A DNA stretch of 64,000 nucleotides. Origin: an uncultured Phycisphaerales bacterium (GTDB lineage Bacteria; Planctomycetota; Phycisphaerae; Phycisphaerales; SM1A02). The translations under genes and the position numbers were made by a program. Positions 29,509-39,618 of this stretch are shown one piece after another (the stretch's first letter is position 1; every line of letters starts with the position of its first letter). The stretch is taken from positions 56,515 through 120,514 of the forward strand of contig CALKEP010000033.1 in assembly GCA_938084645.1 (NCBI GenBank), read 5' to 3'. The notes beneath the pieces are model-generated. The model ran no database searches and was not told the origin of the DNA. It worked only from the letters and a program-made list of their open reading frames with translations.

Positions 29509-32035
29509 CAGCCGTGTCCTGAACGATTCGTGGCGGGTTCACCGTGAAGACGGACCCGACTGTCCGATCGAACTGCCGGCGGAAGGCGTCGACGCGGTGG
29601 TTCCGGGATGCGTGCACCTCGATCTCATCCGACTCGGTCTGATGGCCCACCCCGATCTCGGCGAGGGCGAGGCCGATCAGGCCTGGATCGGTCGCACCGA
29701 CTGGACCTGGAGACGGCCCCTCGGTCCCGACGATCGAATCGACGTGGAGAACGATGCGGACGCGGTCTGCGAAGTCGTCTTCGATTCGATCGACACCGTC
29801 GGCGAGGTCCGGCTGGGCGACGACGTCCTGGGCCACGTCGAGAATCAGTTCCACGCGCACCGATTCCGGATTCCCGCGGAAGCGTTCGCGGAACACCGCA
29901 TGCTCGAGGTGTCGCTGCGTGGACCGGTGACCGAACTCGAACGTCGGGTCGAGGCGTACGGGGACCGGCCGGTGAACGCGGATGGCGACTGGGGCGTGTA
30001 TTCGTATCTGCGGAAAGCGGCTTGCAGCTTCGGATGGGACTGGGGACCGAAGTGCCCGAGTCTCGGGCTTCCCGGCGACGTCCGACTCGAACGATGGCGC
30101 GACGCCCGCATCGACGCGGTGCGACCTCTCGTGACCACCTGCAACGACCGGCTCGCGATTCTCGAGGTGTCGGTCGACGTGGTGCGCGATCCGGTGACGT
30201 CCGGAGATGGTGAACTTCGGGCGACCGTTCGACTCGAAGCGCCGGACGGCCGGATCTTCGAGGCGGAAGGTGTCGCGGATCCCGAGTCGGATCACGTCAT
30301 GATGCGCCTGGAGATCCCGAATCCCCAGCGTTGGTGGCCGCGGGGTCGGGGTCCGCAGCCGCTTCACGATCTCCAGATCGACCTGCACCGAGGAGACACC
30401 GCGCTCGACCGCGACCGCCGCCGGGTCGGGCTGCGAATCGTCGCCCTCGACACGGGCCGCGATCCGGAAGGCTCTCGATTCCGCATCGTGGTCAACGGCG
30501 AACCCATGTTCTGTCGTGGGGCGAACTGGATTCCGGAGGGGCTGTTCCCCGGAACCGCCGCCGACGACCTCGTGATCGCCCGAATCGATCAGGCGGTCGA
30601 GGCGAACTTCGACATGCTCCGGGTCTGGGGCGGTGGCGTCTACGAGTCGAAGGCCTTCTACGACGCGTGCGACGAACGCGGCGTCATGGTCTGGCAGGAC
30701 TTCATGTTCGCCTGCGCGACCTATCCGGAGGAGCCGCCGTATCCCGATCTGATCGAGCGCGAAGCGAGCTTCCAGATCCGTCGGCTCGCCGCCCACCCCT
30801 CGATCGTCCTGTGGTGCGGTGGAAACGAGAACGTCCTGGCCTGGCGGAACTGGGGATGGAAGGAGCGAATGGATCCGGCCCAGACCTGGGGCCGACGCTA
30901 CTTCACCGAGCTACTGCCGCGGATCGCGTCGTCCCTCGACCCGACACGTCCGTTCCTCCCCGACAGCCCCTGGTCGGGATCGGTCGAGGCGGACCCCAAC
31001 GATCCCGATCACGGCGATCGCCACACATGGGATCTCAAGCTCGAGGACGTGCGGGAGTTGATCCCGCGCTTCGTCAGCGAGTTCGGGCACCAGGCGCCGC
31101 CCGCCCGCCGAACCATGGAGACCGCGATCGGAAGCGGGCCGTTCGCAAGCGAGTCGCCCGACGCGATGGTCGCCTTCGCGGGGCGCCAGCGTGGGTGGGG
31201 CGGCGACCAGGCGCAGTACGACCGATGGATGGACGACTGGTTCCTGCCACCGTCGGATCTCGACGGGCGAATCTGGCGGATGCAGCTCCTGCAGGCTCGG
31301 GCCACCACCTTCACGTACGAGTGGTTGCGTCTCCATTCGAAGCGCTGCGGCGGTGCGCTCGTCTGGCAGTTGAACGACGCCTGGACCGGGCACTCGTGGT
31401 CGCTCATCGACGTCGCGGGTCGTCCGAAGCCGGCGTGGTGGGCCGCCCGAGCGGCATGCGCGCCGCGGCTCCTTGCATTCTCCGTCGGCGAGGCGGGCAT
31501 CGAGATCGCCGCGATCAACGACACCGACGAGCCGTGGGGGAGCGCGTCGTCGAAGGGCGTCCGCATCCGCAGGATCGACATGGCGGGCGTCGACCTCGAC
31601 GCCGCGGCCCTCGAACTCGAGGTGCCCCCGCGCGACACCCGAGCCACCGCGTTGCTTCCCGATCTCGTGATCCCGGCGGATCCCTCGATGGAACTGCTGC
31701 TCGCCGAGTTCGACGGCCACCGCGCCTTCTGGTTCTACGGGAAGGACGCCTGGCTGTCGCTGCCGAGCCCGGTGTTCGACCTTCGAGTGGACCGCGTCGC
31801 GAAGGACGGTTTCGAAGTGGAACTCACCGCACGGACGATTCTTCGTGATCTCCATCTCGACGAAGCCGCGCTCGGCGACGTCGTGCGGGTCGATGCGAAC
31901 CTGCATTGTCTGCTTCCCGGCGACGTCGCGACCTTTCGGATCGACGGGGTGTCGTCCCTTCAGGAGAAGGACCTGCGGCGGGCCGGTGTGCTCCGCACCG
32001 CGAACGACTGTGGGCCCGCGGCGGCGGCTCGCTGA
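29501..32035 (+). CDS. beta-mannosidase, glycoside hydrolase family 2
   Basis: RKAACSFGWDWGP, FCRGANWIP, MLRVWGGGVYE, VWQDFMFAC, WCGGNEN (acid/base), FVSEFG (nucleophile), WQLNDAW. Confidence 0.94.
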   Translation: MRDSRVLNDSWRVHREDGPDCPIELPAEGVDAVVPGCVHLDLIRLGLMAHPDLGEGEADQAWIGRTDWTWRRPLGPDDRIDVENDADAVCEVVFDSIDTVGEVRLGDDVLGHVENQFHAHRFRIPAEAFAEHRMLEVSLRGPVTELERRVEAYGDRPVNADGDWGVYSYLRKAACSFGWDWGPKCPSLGLPGDVRLERWRDARIDAVRPLVTTCNDRLAILEVSVDVVRDPVTSGDGELRATVRLEAPDGRIFEAEGVADPESDHVMMRLEIPNPQRWWPRGRGPQPLHDLQIDLHRGDTALDRDRRRVGLRIVALDTGRDPEGSRFRIVVNGEPMFCRGANWIPEGLFPGTAADDLVIARIDQAVEANFDMLRVWGGGVYESKAFYDACDERGVMVWQDFMFACATYPEEPPYPDLIEREASFQIRRLAAHPSIVLWCGGNENVLAWRNWGWKERMDPAQTWGRRYFTELLPRIASSLDPTRPFLPDSPWSGSVEADPNDPDHGDRHTWDLKLEDVRELIPRFVSEFGHQAPPARRTMETAIGSGPFASESPDAMVAFAGRQRGWGGDQAQYDRWMDDWFLPPSDLDGRIWRMQLLQARATTFTYEWLRLHSKRCGGALVWQLNDAWTGHSWSLIDVAGRPKPAWWAARAACAPRLLAFSVGEAGIEIAAINDTDEPWGSASSKGVRIRRIDMAGVDLDAAALELEVPPRDTRATALLPDLVIPADPSMELLLAEFDGHRAFWFYGKDAWLSLPSPVFDLRVDRVAKDGFEVELTARTILRDLHLDEAALGDVVRVDANLHCLLPGDVATFRIDGVSSLQEKDLRRAGVLRTANDCGPAAAAR

Positions 32036-32434
32036 GACGAACTCGCGGAAATCATGCAGAAAAAGTTTCGGATCCGAAGGCCGTCGGCTGCGCAAACATT
32101 GCAGGTGCCGAGGTTCATCCACCCAACGCCTGGTGGAGTCGCGCGGCCCGACGGAAAACGGGTTCTGCGGCTTGGAAGCGGCGTTTTTCGTGCTTTTGAC
32201 CGGGGAATCAAGCGTCGAAAAAGGCATCGATTCTCGAATGATGGAAGGCTGGAGCGAGTTGTCCGGGTGTTCGGTTTCGCTCGGTTCCATGCTTCAGTCC
32301 GGGAAAAGACTGAAGAAAAACCTCGCATGAGCCGAACAAACAGACAGCGAGGTCGTAATTTGACGGCCAGGAACAAGCGGAAACCCGCCGCGGCGGACGA
32401 CCGACGATTCGAACAGTCATCTCTTTCTCCTCCT

Positions 32435-32473
32435 GCCACCTCGGGGCCTACCGGCGCCGGGGTGGTTGTTTTT
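32435..32473 (+). terminator. intrinsic terminator-like hairpin with T tract
   Basis: gccacctcgg...ccggggtggt stem followed by tgttttt. Confidence 0.6.
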
Positions 32474-32581
32474 GGACCGCGGGTCTTCGTGATCCGTGCA
32501 CGGCGCGCTCGAAGAACGGGCGTGCCTCCTCGGGGGTTGGAATCCGTCCGGTACGGTCGAGGAGGGGCCGGAATCGAAGTC

Positions 32582-33133
32582 ATGTACGACGAGGAGATGC
32601 GACGACGGATCCACGAGGCGAAGCGGAGACGGCGGGCGGAACGCATCGACGCGCTTCATCGGGAAGCCGGCCGATCGGGCGGAGAGGGCGGGCGTGGCTT
32701 CTGGTCCCTCGCGTACGACCTGCATCACGCGCCCTGGACCACGAACCTCGATCAGCTTCGTGAGATCGGCGTCGATCCGCCGATGCCGGACGCCATCGAT
32801 GACGATGAGATCGGTGCGGCGCTCGACGCGGTGATCATGGGACTCGCGGTGCTTCAAGTCTTCCTGCTCCACACCGATCACCTCGACGACCGGTCCCTGT
32901 ATCGTCGGTTGCGACTCGATGTCCTCCACGACCGCGTGCGTGACGTCCCGCCGGCGACGGGATCGCGGGAGTGGATCGATCTGGCCGGCGGCGTTGATCG
33001 CAGTGCCCACCTCGCGGTGCATGCGACCGATGCGGAGCGCGCCTCCCTCGAAGCGGCCGGGGTGATCGTGCCGCCACGGATGGAACGCCGCGCCGACCGT
33101 GATCATCGACTTCCCCGGCCCGCGCCGGGTTGA
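32582..33133 (+). CDS. hypothetical protein
   Basis: Coding-like composition from MYDEEMRRR, with FLLHTDHLDDRSLY and DRDHRLPRP. The upstream part of the ORF track entry looks non-coding. Confidence 0.7.
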   Translation: MYDEEMRRRIHEAKRRRRAERIDALHREAGRSGGEGGRGFWSLAYDLHHAPWTTNLDQLREIGVDPPMPDAIDDDEIGAALDAVIMGLAVLQVFLLHTDHLDDRSLYRRLRLDVLHDRVRDVPPATGSREWIDLAGGVDRSAHLAVHATDAERASLEAAGVIVPPRMERRADRDHRLPRPAPG

Positions 33134-33141
33134 TGCCAGCG

Positions 33142-34737
33142 TCAGTCGGTGGACGGTCGGACGAGCGTGGCCGGTCGCGCGATGGATGCTCCGGTGGCCA
33201 CGTCGAGAGAGAGGTCGGCGCCGGTCGCCGTCATCCAGGCGTCGAGTTCGAGGAGCAGGCGATCGACCACGTCCGGATGTTCACTGGCGAGATCTCGCGT
33301 CTCTCCCAGGTCCGTCTCGAGGTCGTACAGCTCCACCCGCGGACCGTCGTGGAAGAAGAGGAGTTTCCAGCGTTCGCGGCGATACGAGGTGAAGGGTTCG
33401 ATGCCCGGGCCGCTGGCGCCCCACTGGTGGGGCATGTGCCAGGCGAGGCCGCGGTCCCGGGGCGGTTCGAGGGCGTCGTCCTGGCGGAGCAGCCTCGCGA
33501 TCGAGGTGCCGTCGACCGACGGTGCATGGGCGGTCGGGATCGCCACGTCCGCGAAATCGAGCAGTGTGGGAAAGAGATCGATCACCGTGACGGGCGTCTC
33601 GACCCGACGCCCATCGGCGTGAATGCCGCTGGCCGGGGGCCCGGCGACGACCATCGGGACCCGGACGCCCCCTTCATAGGCCGATCCCTTGCCGCTGCGA
33701 AGCGGGGCGTTGTGAACGTGCGGTGCGCCGCCTCGGGCATGGGCCGAGAGTCCGCCGTTGTCGCTGGTGAAGACGATGATCGTTCGATCCGAGAGATCGA
33801 GTTCGTCGAGCGTCTCGAGAATGCGGCCGAGGGCCGCGTCGGTGGACTCGATCATCGTCGCGTACGCGGCCTCCCTCGGGTGGAGATCCCGATAGGCGTC
33901 GAGGTGACGGTGGTTCGGCATGATCGGCGCGTGCACGGCGTAAGGCGCGAAGTGGAGGAAGAAGGGGCGGTCGTCGGTGCCGGCCTGTCGGATCTGCTGG
34001 ACGGCTTCCTCGGCGAGAACCTCCGTGAGGTAGACGTCCTTGCCGTGATGGGCCTCCAGACCGGGCACGTCCCAGACGCTGGCGCCCGTCCGTCCCTGTC
34101 GCTTCTGCGCGGCGAAATCGTGAATGCCGTAGAAGCTCCCGGGACCGCCGGCCGCATGCCCCGCGATGTTCGTCTCGAATCCCAGGCGGGTCGGATCGGC
34201 GCCGCTGGTCCCGATCGCGCCGAAGTGCGCCTTGCCGATGTGGACGGTGCGATATCCGGATGCCTGCAGAAGTCCGGGGAGCGTCACGTCGCCTTCGGCC
34301 AGTCCCTCGAGACGCCAGTCGGGTCGACGGAGTCGAGGATGCTTGGTCGACGTGTCGCGATCGGCCCGAAGCGTCCAGTAGGTGATGCCGGAACGGGCGG
34401 GATGTCGTCCGGTCATGAAGGCTGCGCGGGTCGGCGTGCAGACCGGACTGGCCGCGTAGGCATCCGTGAACACCACCCCGCGCCTCGCGAGTCGCTCGAG
34501 GTTCGGCGTCCGGTAGCGTCGATTGAATTCCGTGACGTCCGGTCCCAGGGGGACCGCCACGTCCTGCCAGCCGAGATCGTCCACCATGACGACGACGATG
34601 TTCGGGGGGGGATCGGGTTCGGCCGCGTGGCCGGAACCGGCGAGCACCGCCCCGAGCACGAGCGCTCCGGCTCGAAGTCGTTCGGTGAAGTCGCGGGCCG
34701 ACGGGCGACGGAGACGATGTCGGATGGGATTCGTCAT
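33142..34737 (-). CDS. sulfatase (Cys-type, formylglycine-dependent)
   Basis: PNIVVVMVDDLGW, SPVCTPTRAA (CxPxR), GKAH, FTSDNGG, YEGGVRVP, ELYDLETDLGE. Confidence 0.95.
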   Translation of the reverse strand: MTNPIRHRLRRPSARDFTERLRAGALVLGAVLAGSGHAAEPDPPPNIVVVMVDDLGWQDVAVPLGPDVTEFNRRYRTPNLERLARRGVVFTDAYAASPVCTPTRAAFMTGRHPARSGITYWTLRADRDTSTKHPRLRRPDWRLEGLAEGDVTLPGLLQASGYRTVHIGKAHFGAIGTSGADPTRLGFETNIAGHAAGGPGSFYGIHDFAAQKRQGRTGASVWDVPGLEAHHGKDVYLTEVLAEEAVQQIRQAGTDDRPFFLHFAPYAVHAPIMPNHRHLDAYRDLHPREAAYATMIESTDAALGRILETLDELDLSDRTIIVFTSDNGGLSAHARGGAPHVHNAPLRSGKGSAYEGGVRVPMVVAGPPASGIHADGRRVETPVTVIDLFPTLLDFADVAIPTAHAPSVDGTSIARLLRQDDALEPPRDRGLAWHMPHQWGASGPGIEPFTSYRRERWKLLFFHDGPRVELYDLETDLGETRDLASEHPDVVDRLLLELDAWMTATGADLSLDVATGASIARPATLVRPSTD

Positions 34738-34940
34738 GGACCGCAAGGCTAACCGTCGTGTCGGTTTCCGGTTCCCGCTTCCGGCCCGAAGTCGGTCGAA
34801 ACACCCACGCTATTCGCCCGAAAACGGTGGTTTCAGCGAACGGGGTTGGAACACGGTTGACCAGTCGCGGTCAGGCTCACTATCTTTCGCGACCGCCGAA
34901 TCGGCTCGATCCGGCCCATCACCTTTCCGGGAACCCCGAC

Positions 34941-35876
34941 ATGTCGACTTCGAGAATCGCTGTTCAAGATCAGCCCGCGACCGATGCGGACGCCGCTTCC
35001 ACCGCCACGGAGACCACCGCCGTGTCCTCTTCCGGCGACGTCGCCGGGTGGGTGTCGGAGGCGACGAACCAGTTGGTCGATCTCGCGGTGGCCTACGCCC
35101 CGCGTCTTGGACTCGCCTTGCTCGTCCTGGTGATCGGTTGGATCGTCATCGGGTTCATGCAACGGGGCATCAATCGAATCCTGTCGATGCGGAGCATCGA
35201 CCCGACGGTCGGGAATTTCCTCGGAAGCGTCGCGGGGATCGCCCTGAAGGTCATGCTGCTGCTCTCGGTCGCGGGCATGGTCGGCGTCGAGGTCACGTCC
35301 TTCATCGCGATCCTCTCCGCCGCCACCCTCGCCATCGGCATGGCGTTGAAGGGAACCCTCTCGAACTTCGCGGGTGGAGTGAGCGTGATGATCTTCCGGC
35401 CCTACAAGGTCGGCGACTTCATCGAGGGCGGCGGTCACAGCGGAAGCGTGAAGGAGATCCAGATCTTCAACACCGTGCTGACCACCGGCGACAATCGCAC
35501 CATCATCATCCCCAACAACGCCATCTCCACCGGCTCGCTGATCAACTACTCGATCCAGTCGACTCGGCGGGTCCAGATCGACGTCGGCATCGGCTACGAG
35601 GACGACATCGACAAGGCGCGTGACATCGTGAAGAACCTGCTCGCCGCGGATGCGCGGATCCACACCGATCCCGAGCCGATGGTCGTGGTCGGCGCACTTG
35701 GGGCGAGTTCGGTCGATCTGGTCATTCGATTCTGGGTCGACGGCGGCGACTTCTGGCCGACGACCTTCGATTACAACGAGCGGATCAAGAAGGCCTTCGA
35801 TGCGGCCGGCGTGAACATCCCGTACCCCCAGCAGGTGGTTCGGTACGTCGGCGAACCCGCGGGCGATCCGGCCTGA
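34941..35876 (+). CDS. mscS: small-conductance mechanosensitive channel
   Basis: AIGMALKGTLSNFAGG, FRPYKVGDFIE, IIPNN, FDAAGVNIPYPQ. Confidence 0.93.
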   Translation: MSTSRIAVQDQPATDADAASTATETTAVSSSGDVAGWVSEATNQLVDLAVAYAPRLGLALLVLVIGWIVIGFMQRGINRILSMRSIDPTVGNFLGSVAGIALKVMLLLSVAGMVGVEVTSFIAILSAATLAIGMALKGTLSNFAGGVSVMIFRPYKVGDFIEGGGHSGSVKEIQIFNTVLTTGDNRTIIIPNNAISTGSLINYSIQSTRRVQIDVGIGYEDDIDKARDIVKNLLAADARIHTDPEPMVVVGALGASSVDLVIRFWVDGGDFWPTTFDYNERIKKAFDAAGVNIPYPQQVVRYVGEPAGDPA

Positions 35877-35879
35877 TCC

Positions 35880-37370
35880 TCAGCGGACGCTTCGCGACGC
35901 GGAACGCACCCGGTCGAGCATCGCCTGCAGTCTGGCGACCTCGTCCGGGTGCGTTTTCGCGAGGTTCGTGCGTTCGCCGGGATCGTTCGCGAGGTCGTAG
36001 AGCTGGACGGTCGGCCCGGCCTCGGATGGACCCGTTCGCCGTGGGGCGGTGAAGCCGCCGCTGCCGAGGCCTTCGATCAGTTTCCAGTCGCCGGCCCGGA
36101 TCGCGAACATGCCGTCGAGACTGTGGTGCACGATGCCTTCACGAGCCTCGAGCCCCCGGGTGTCTCCGGCCGTCAACATCGGAACCAGGTCCACCGAGTC
36201 CTCACCGCCGGGAGCGTCTCCGGACAGTCCCGTCTCCGAGCGGGCATCGGCCGCGGCGAGACAGGTGGCGTAGAGATCGGTCAGGCAGATCGTCTCGGAT
36301 CGCACCGTCCCGGGCTCGATGGCGTCCGGCCATCGCACGAGGAACGGCACCCGATGCCCCGCTTCGTGGATGTCCGCCTTCTGGCCTCGCCATGCGAGGT
36401 TCGACGCGTGCCCCCAGCGATCCACGTCGGCGAGGGGCCAGTGCGAACCGTTGTCGCTGGTGAAGACGACGAGCGTGTCGGCGCCGAGTCCGTTGGCCTC
36501 GAGCGAGTCGAAGAGCCGACCCATCTCGGCGTCGATCTGATTGACGAAGTCGCCGTAGTGTCCGGCGCCGCTCGACCCTCGCCACGGCTGGTCCGGGAGC
36601 CACGGGGTGTGGGGCGCACTCAGGCAGAGTTCCAGGAAGAGCGGTCGTTCCGGTCGCTCGCTCGCGTGCCGATCGATGATCCCGATCGACTCGTCGATCG
36701 ACTTCGAGAGGACCTCCTGGTGTTCGAAGCCCTCCGCGATCGGGCCCGCCCGCCAGAACCCGCCGCCTTCGCGACGCCGGTGCTCGGAGCCTTCGATGGT
36801 GGTGCTCGGTGGTGGATCGCCGACACCGTCTCGGAACCAGCAGTAGGGCGGGATGTCGAGGGAGCTCGGAATGCCGACGCTCTCGTCGAAGCCGACGGTG
36901 TGCGGTCCCGCGTCGATCGGTCCGCTCCAGTCGGTCGGCTTCGCGGAGCCGAGACCGAGGTGCCACTTTCCGACGAACGCGGTGCGGTAGCCCGCATCAC
37001 GCAACCGGCTCGCGATCGTCGGGCGATCCGGTTCGATGAGGAGGGGGTCGTCGGTCCAGAGAACGCCGGACTTCAGATCGCCTCGCCAGCAGTACCGGCC
37101 GGTCAGGATCGCGTACCGGGTCGGTGAGCACACGGCGCTCGGGGAGTGGGCGTCGGTGAATCGCGCTCCGGTACGTGCGAGGCGGTCGAGATTCGGGGTG
37201 CTGGTCGCGGCGTCGGGGTTGTAGCACCCGAGATCTCCGATGCCCAGATCGTCCGCGACGATGATCACGATGTTCGGCGGACCCGGAGGCGATGGCGTGG
37301 CCCGGTCCGGCGTTCGGCAACCGACGAGGAGGAGGGCGGAGAGGAGCATGGACTTTCGTGGGAAGTTCAT
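35880..37370 (-). CDS. arylsulfatase-like sulfatase, putative lipoprotein
   Basis: LVGC lipobox, PNIVIIVADDLG, SAVCSPTRYAILTGRY, GKWHLG, FTSDNG, QLYDLANDPGE. Confidence 0.95.
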   Translation of the reverse strand: MNFPRKSMLLSALLLVGCRTPDRATPSPPGPPNIVIIVADDLGIGDLGCYNPDAATSTPNLDRLARTGARFTDAHSPSAVCSPTRYAILTGRYCWRGDLKSGVLWTDDPLLIEPDRPTIASRLRDAGYRTAFVGKWHLGLGSAKPTDWSGPIDAGPHTVGFDESVGIPSSLDIPPYCWFRDGVGDPPPSTTIEGSEHRRREGGGFWRAGPIAEGFEHQEVLSKSIDESIGIIDRHASERPERPLFLELCLSAPHTPWLPDQPWRGSSGAGHYGDFVNQIDAEMGRLFDSLEANGLGADTLVVFTSDNGSHWPLADVDRWGHASNLAWRGQKADIHEAGHRVPFLVRWPDAIEPGTVRSETICLTDLYATCLAAADARSETGLSGDAPGGEDSVDLVPMLTAGDTRGLEAREGIVHHSLDGMFAIRAGDWKLIEGLGSGGFTAPRRTGPSEAGPTVQLYDLANDPGERTNLAKTHPDEVARLQAMLDRVRSASRSVR

Positions 37371-37439
37371 GCGTCGACCCTACCACGGGAATCGGTGATC
37401 CCGTAACTTCGTGCCTTCGACACCCGCCACGGAGCTCTC

Positions 37440-38531
37440 ATGAATCTCGATCACTACGTCACGCTCGGTCGGTCCGGCCTTCGCGTCTCGCCCTTCTGTC
37501 TCGGCTGCATGACCTTCGGTGACGAATGGAAGGCGGTCGGGACCCACGAAGCCGAGAGTCTCGACGTGCTCGCGGCGTATCTCGACGCCGGCGGGAACTT
37601 CCTCGACACCGCCAACGTCTACACCATGGGGCACAGCGAGGCGATCATCGGCGACTATTTCGCGGGATCGCCGCTCGTGGCCCGCGACCGCGTGGTCATC
37701 GCGACCAAGTTCTGCGGCAACATGCATCCAGGCGATCCGAATGGCGGCGGGGCCGGACGCAAGGCGATCATGCATCAACTGGAAGACTCGCTTCGGCGGT
37801 TGCGCACCGATCACATCGATCTCTACTGGTGCCACTTTCATGATCCACACACGCCGATCGAGGAGACGATGCGGACGCTCGACGATCTCGTGACGAGCGG
37901 GAAGGTGCGATACATCGGGCTCAGCGACACGCCGGCGTGGATGGTCGTCCAGGCGCAGTACGAAGCCATGCTTCGCGGATGGAATCCGCTCTGCGCGCTG
38001 CAGATCGAGTACAGCCTGGCGCAACGCACGGTCGAGGCCGACCTCATGCCGATGGCCCGGGCCCACGGCCTGGGGGTCACGCCGTGGAGCCCGCTGCGGG
38101 CGGGGATCCTCTCCGGGAAGTACCGACGTGATCGACGGCCCGAGATCGGGACCACGCGGGTCACGGAGGAGAGCCCGCACCTCAACGAGCGCAACTACGA
38201 GATCATCGAGACGCTCGTCTCGGTCGCGGAGGAACTGGGCGCCTCGCCCGCGCAGGTCGCGCTTCGCTGGGTCCAGGACCGTACGGGTGTCGCGAGCACG
38301 ATCATCGGTGCGCGACGCAAGGACCAGTTGATGGACAATCTCGGCGCGCTCGCGCTGACCTTGACGGCCGAGCAGACCGCGCGGCTCGACGAGGTCTCGG
38401 CTCCGACCCTTCCCTTCCCGCACGAGTTCCTCGGGTTCGCGGCGAACGCGATCCGGGGCGGCGAGACCGTGGACGGGGCATCAGGCGCTCGACCGGAGTT
38501 CCTGCCGGCGTCCGACGAGCAGCGTTGGTGA
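37440..38531 (+). CDS. aldo/keto reductase
   Basis: LGRSGLRVSPFCLGCMTFG, FLDTANVY, VIATKF, SLRRLRTDHIDLY, GKVRYIGLS, PWSPL. Confidence 0.95.
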   Translation: MNLDHYVTLGRSGLRVSPFCLGCMTFGDEWKAVGTHEAESLDVLAAYLDAGGNFLDTANVYTMGHSEAIIGDYFAGSPLVARDRVVIATKFCGNMHPGDPNGGGAGRKAIMHQLEDSLRRLRTDHIDLYWCHFHDPHTPIEETMRTLDDLVTSGKVRYIGLSDTPAWMVVQAQYEAMLRGWNPLCALQIEYSLAQRTVEADLMPMARAHGLGVTPWSPLRAGILSGKYRRDRRPEIGTTRVTEESPHLNERNYEIIETLVSVAEELGASPAQVALRWVQDRTGVASTIIGARRKDQLMDNLGALALTLTAEQTARLDEVSAPTLPFPHEFLGFAANAIRGGETVDGASGARPEFLPASDEQRW

Positions 38532-38551
38532 GCCCCGTGGTGTCCGTCGAA

Positions 38552-38593
38552 CGAACGAGCCGTCGCCCGCAGGTCGCGGGGACGGCTCGTTCG
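38552..38593. terminator. hairpin between convergent genes
   Basis: cgaacgagccgtc / gacggctcgttcg perfect 13-bp arms enclosing an inner cccgc/gcggg stem. Confidence 0.6.
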
Positions 38594-38625
38594 CCATCAG
38601 GAGAGAACCGGTCGGGTGGTGCGGT

Positions 38626-39618
38626 TCAGCATCCACCCCAGTTGGCCATCAGGAGTCCGAAGTCCTTGCCGTCGACCTTGCCGTCGCCGTTCAGGTCGGC
38701 GTCGCAGGTGTCGTCGGTGCAGTCGCCCCAGGCGGCGAACAACAGGCCCTGGTCGCCACCGTCCACCACCCCGTTCCCGTCGAGGTCGCCGGTGCATGCG
38801 GTGCAGCTGGTGGACGCCTGTCCGACGCAGATCTCGTCCCAGGCGTCGTTGCAGCAGAACGGGTCGACGGCGCAGATCAGATCGCAGCAGGTCGAATCAT
38901 CGCAGGAGGGGGTCTCCTTCGCGGCGAGGCAGTCGCCCGCCGCGGGATCGCCGCAGTCCGGAAGCGTCGAGAGCATGATCGAGGCGAAGGTCGTCATCTC
39001 GCCGCCGTCGGGGCCCATCTCCACGCCGTGGACGTGAGCGATGGCGTCGTAGGTGAATCGATATCGACCAGGTCGCAGCAGGCCGGTCTGTTCGTATTCC
39101 GTCTCGGGCTGATCACCGGATGCGCCGGTGTGCGACCAGTCGAGGATGGTGGCGAGCGTGGCCCCCGACGAGTCGATCCGCTCGAGGAGGGCGGAGCCGA
39201 CGACTTCGCCCGCATCGGCCGAGAACATTCCGTAGAAGACCGCATCCGCCTGCAGGCTTCCGGTTCGTCCGACTTCGAAGGTCGCGACGACATCGCTTCG
39301 AGTCAGAGTGTAGGAGCCGCCGTGTTCGTTGGTCCGTGCGGAGACGAATCCGCCGATGTAGTCGGCATCGACCCGCGTCCACTGCCAGGCTTCACCGTCG
39401 CTGCCGGCGTCGCTGCCGTAGCCGGCGTCGTACCACATGCCGGTGTCCTCGTTCACGACGTAGTGAGGCGTGGTGCCGAGCAGGGGGTCCGCGATGTCGA
39501 CCTCGTTGCTCCGGTACGAGGAGAGTTCCTGGAACGGCTCGACCGACTCGACGGCGGTGGCCACCCCGGTGGCGAGGAGCAGGCTGGTGGATCCGGTGAT
39601 GGTGGCGAGGTGATTCAT
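38626..39618 (-). CDS. secreted protein with Cys-rich module and C-terminal dockerin-like repeats ending in Gly-Cys
   Basis: Signal peptide, CDDSTCCDLICAVDPFCCNDAWDEICV, CTGDLDGNGVVDGGD..., CDADLNGDGKVDGKDFGLLMANWGGC. Confidence 0.85.
   Translation of the reverse strand: MNHLATITGSTSLLLATGVATAVESVEPFQELSSYRSNEVDIADPLLGTTPHYVVNEDTGMWYDAGYGSDAGSDGEAWQWTRVDADYIGGFVSARTNEHGGSYTLTRSDVVATFEVGRTGSLQADAVFYGMFSADAGEVVGSALLERIDSSGATLATILDWSHTGASGDQPETEYEQTGLLRPGRYRFTYDAIAHVHGVEMGPDGGEMTTFASIMLSTLPDCGDPAAGDCLAAKETPSCDDSTCCDLICAVDPFCCNDAWDEICVGQASTSCTACTGDLDGNGVVDGGDQGLLFAAWGDCTDDTCDADLNGDGKVDGKDFGLLMANWGGC

Noticed and set aside
32036..32581. Replication origin in the A/T-richer gap
   Set aside because: No convincing DnaA-box cluster (TTATCCACA) was seen and there is no dnaA/dnaN context.
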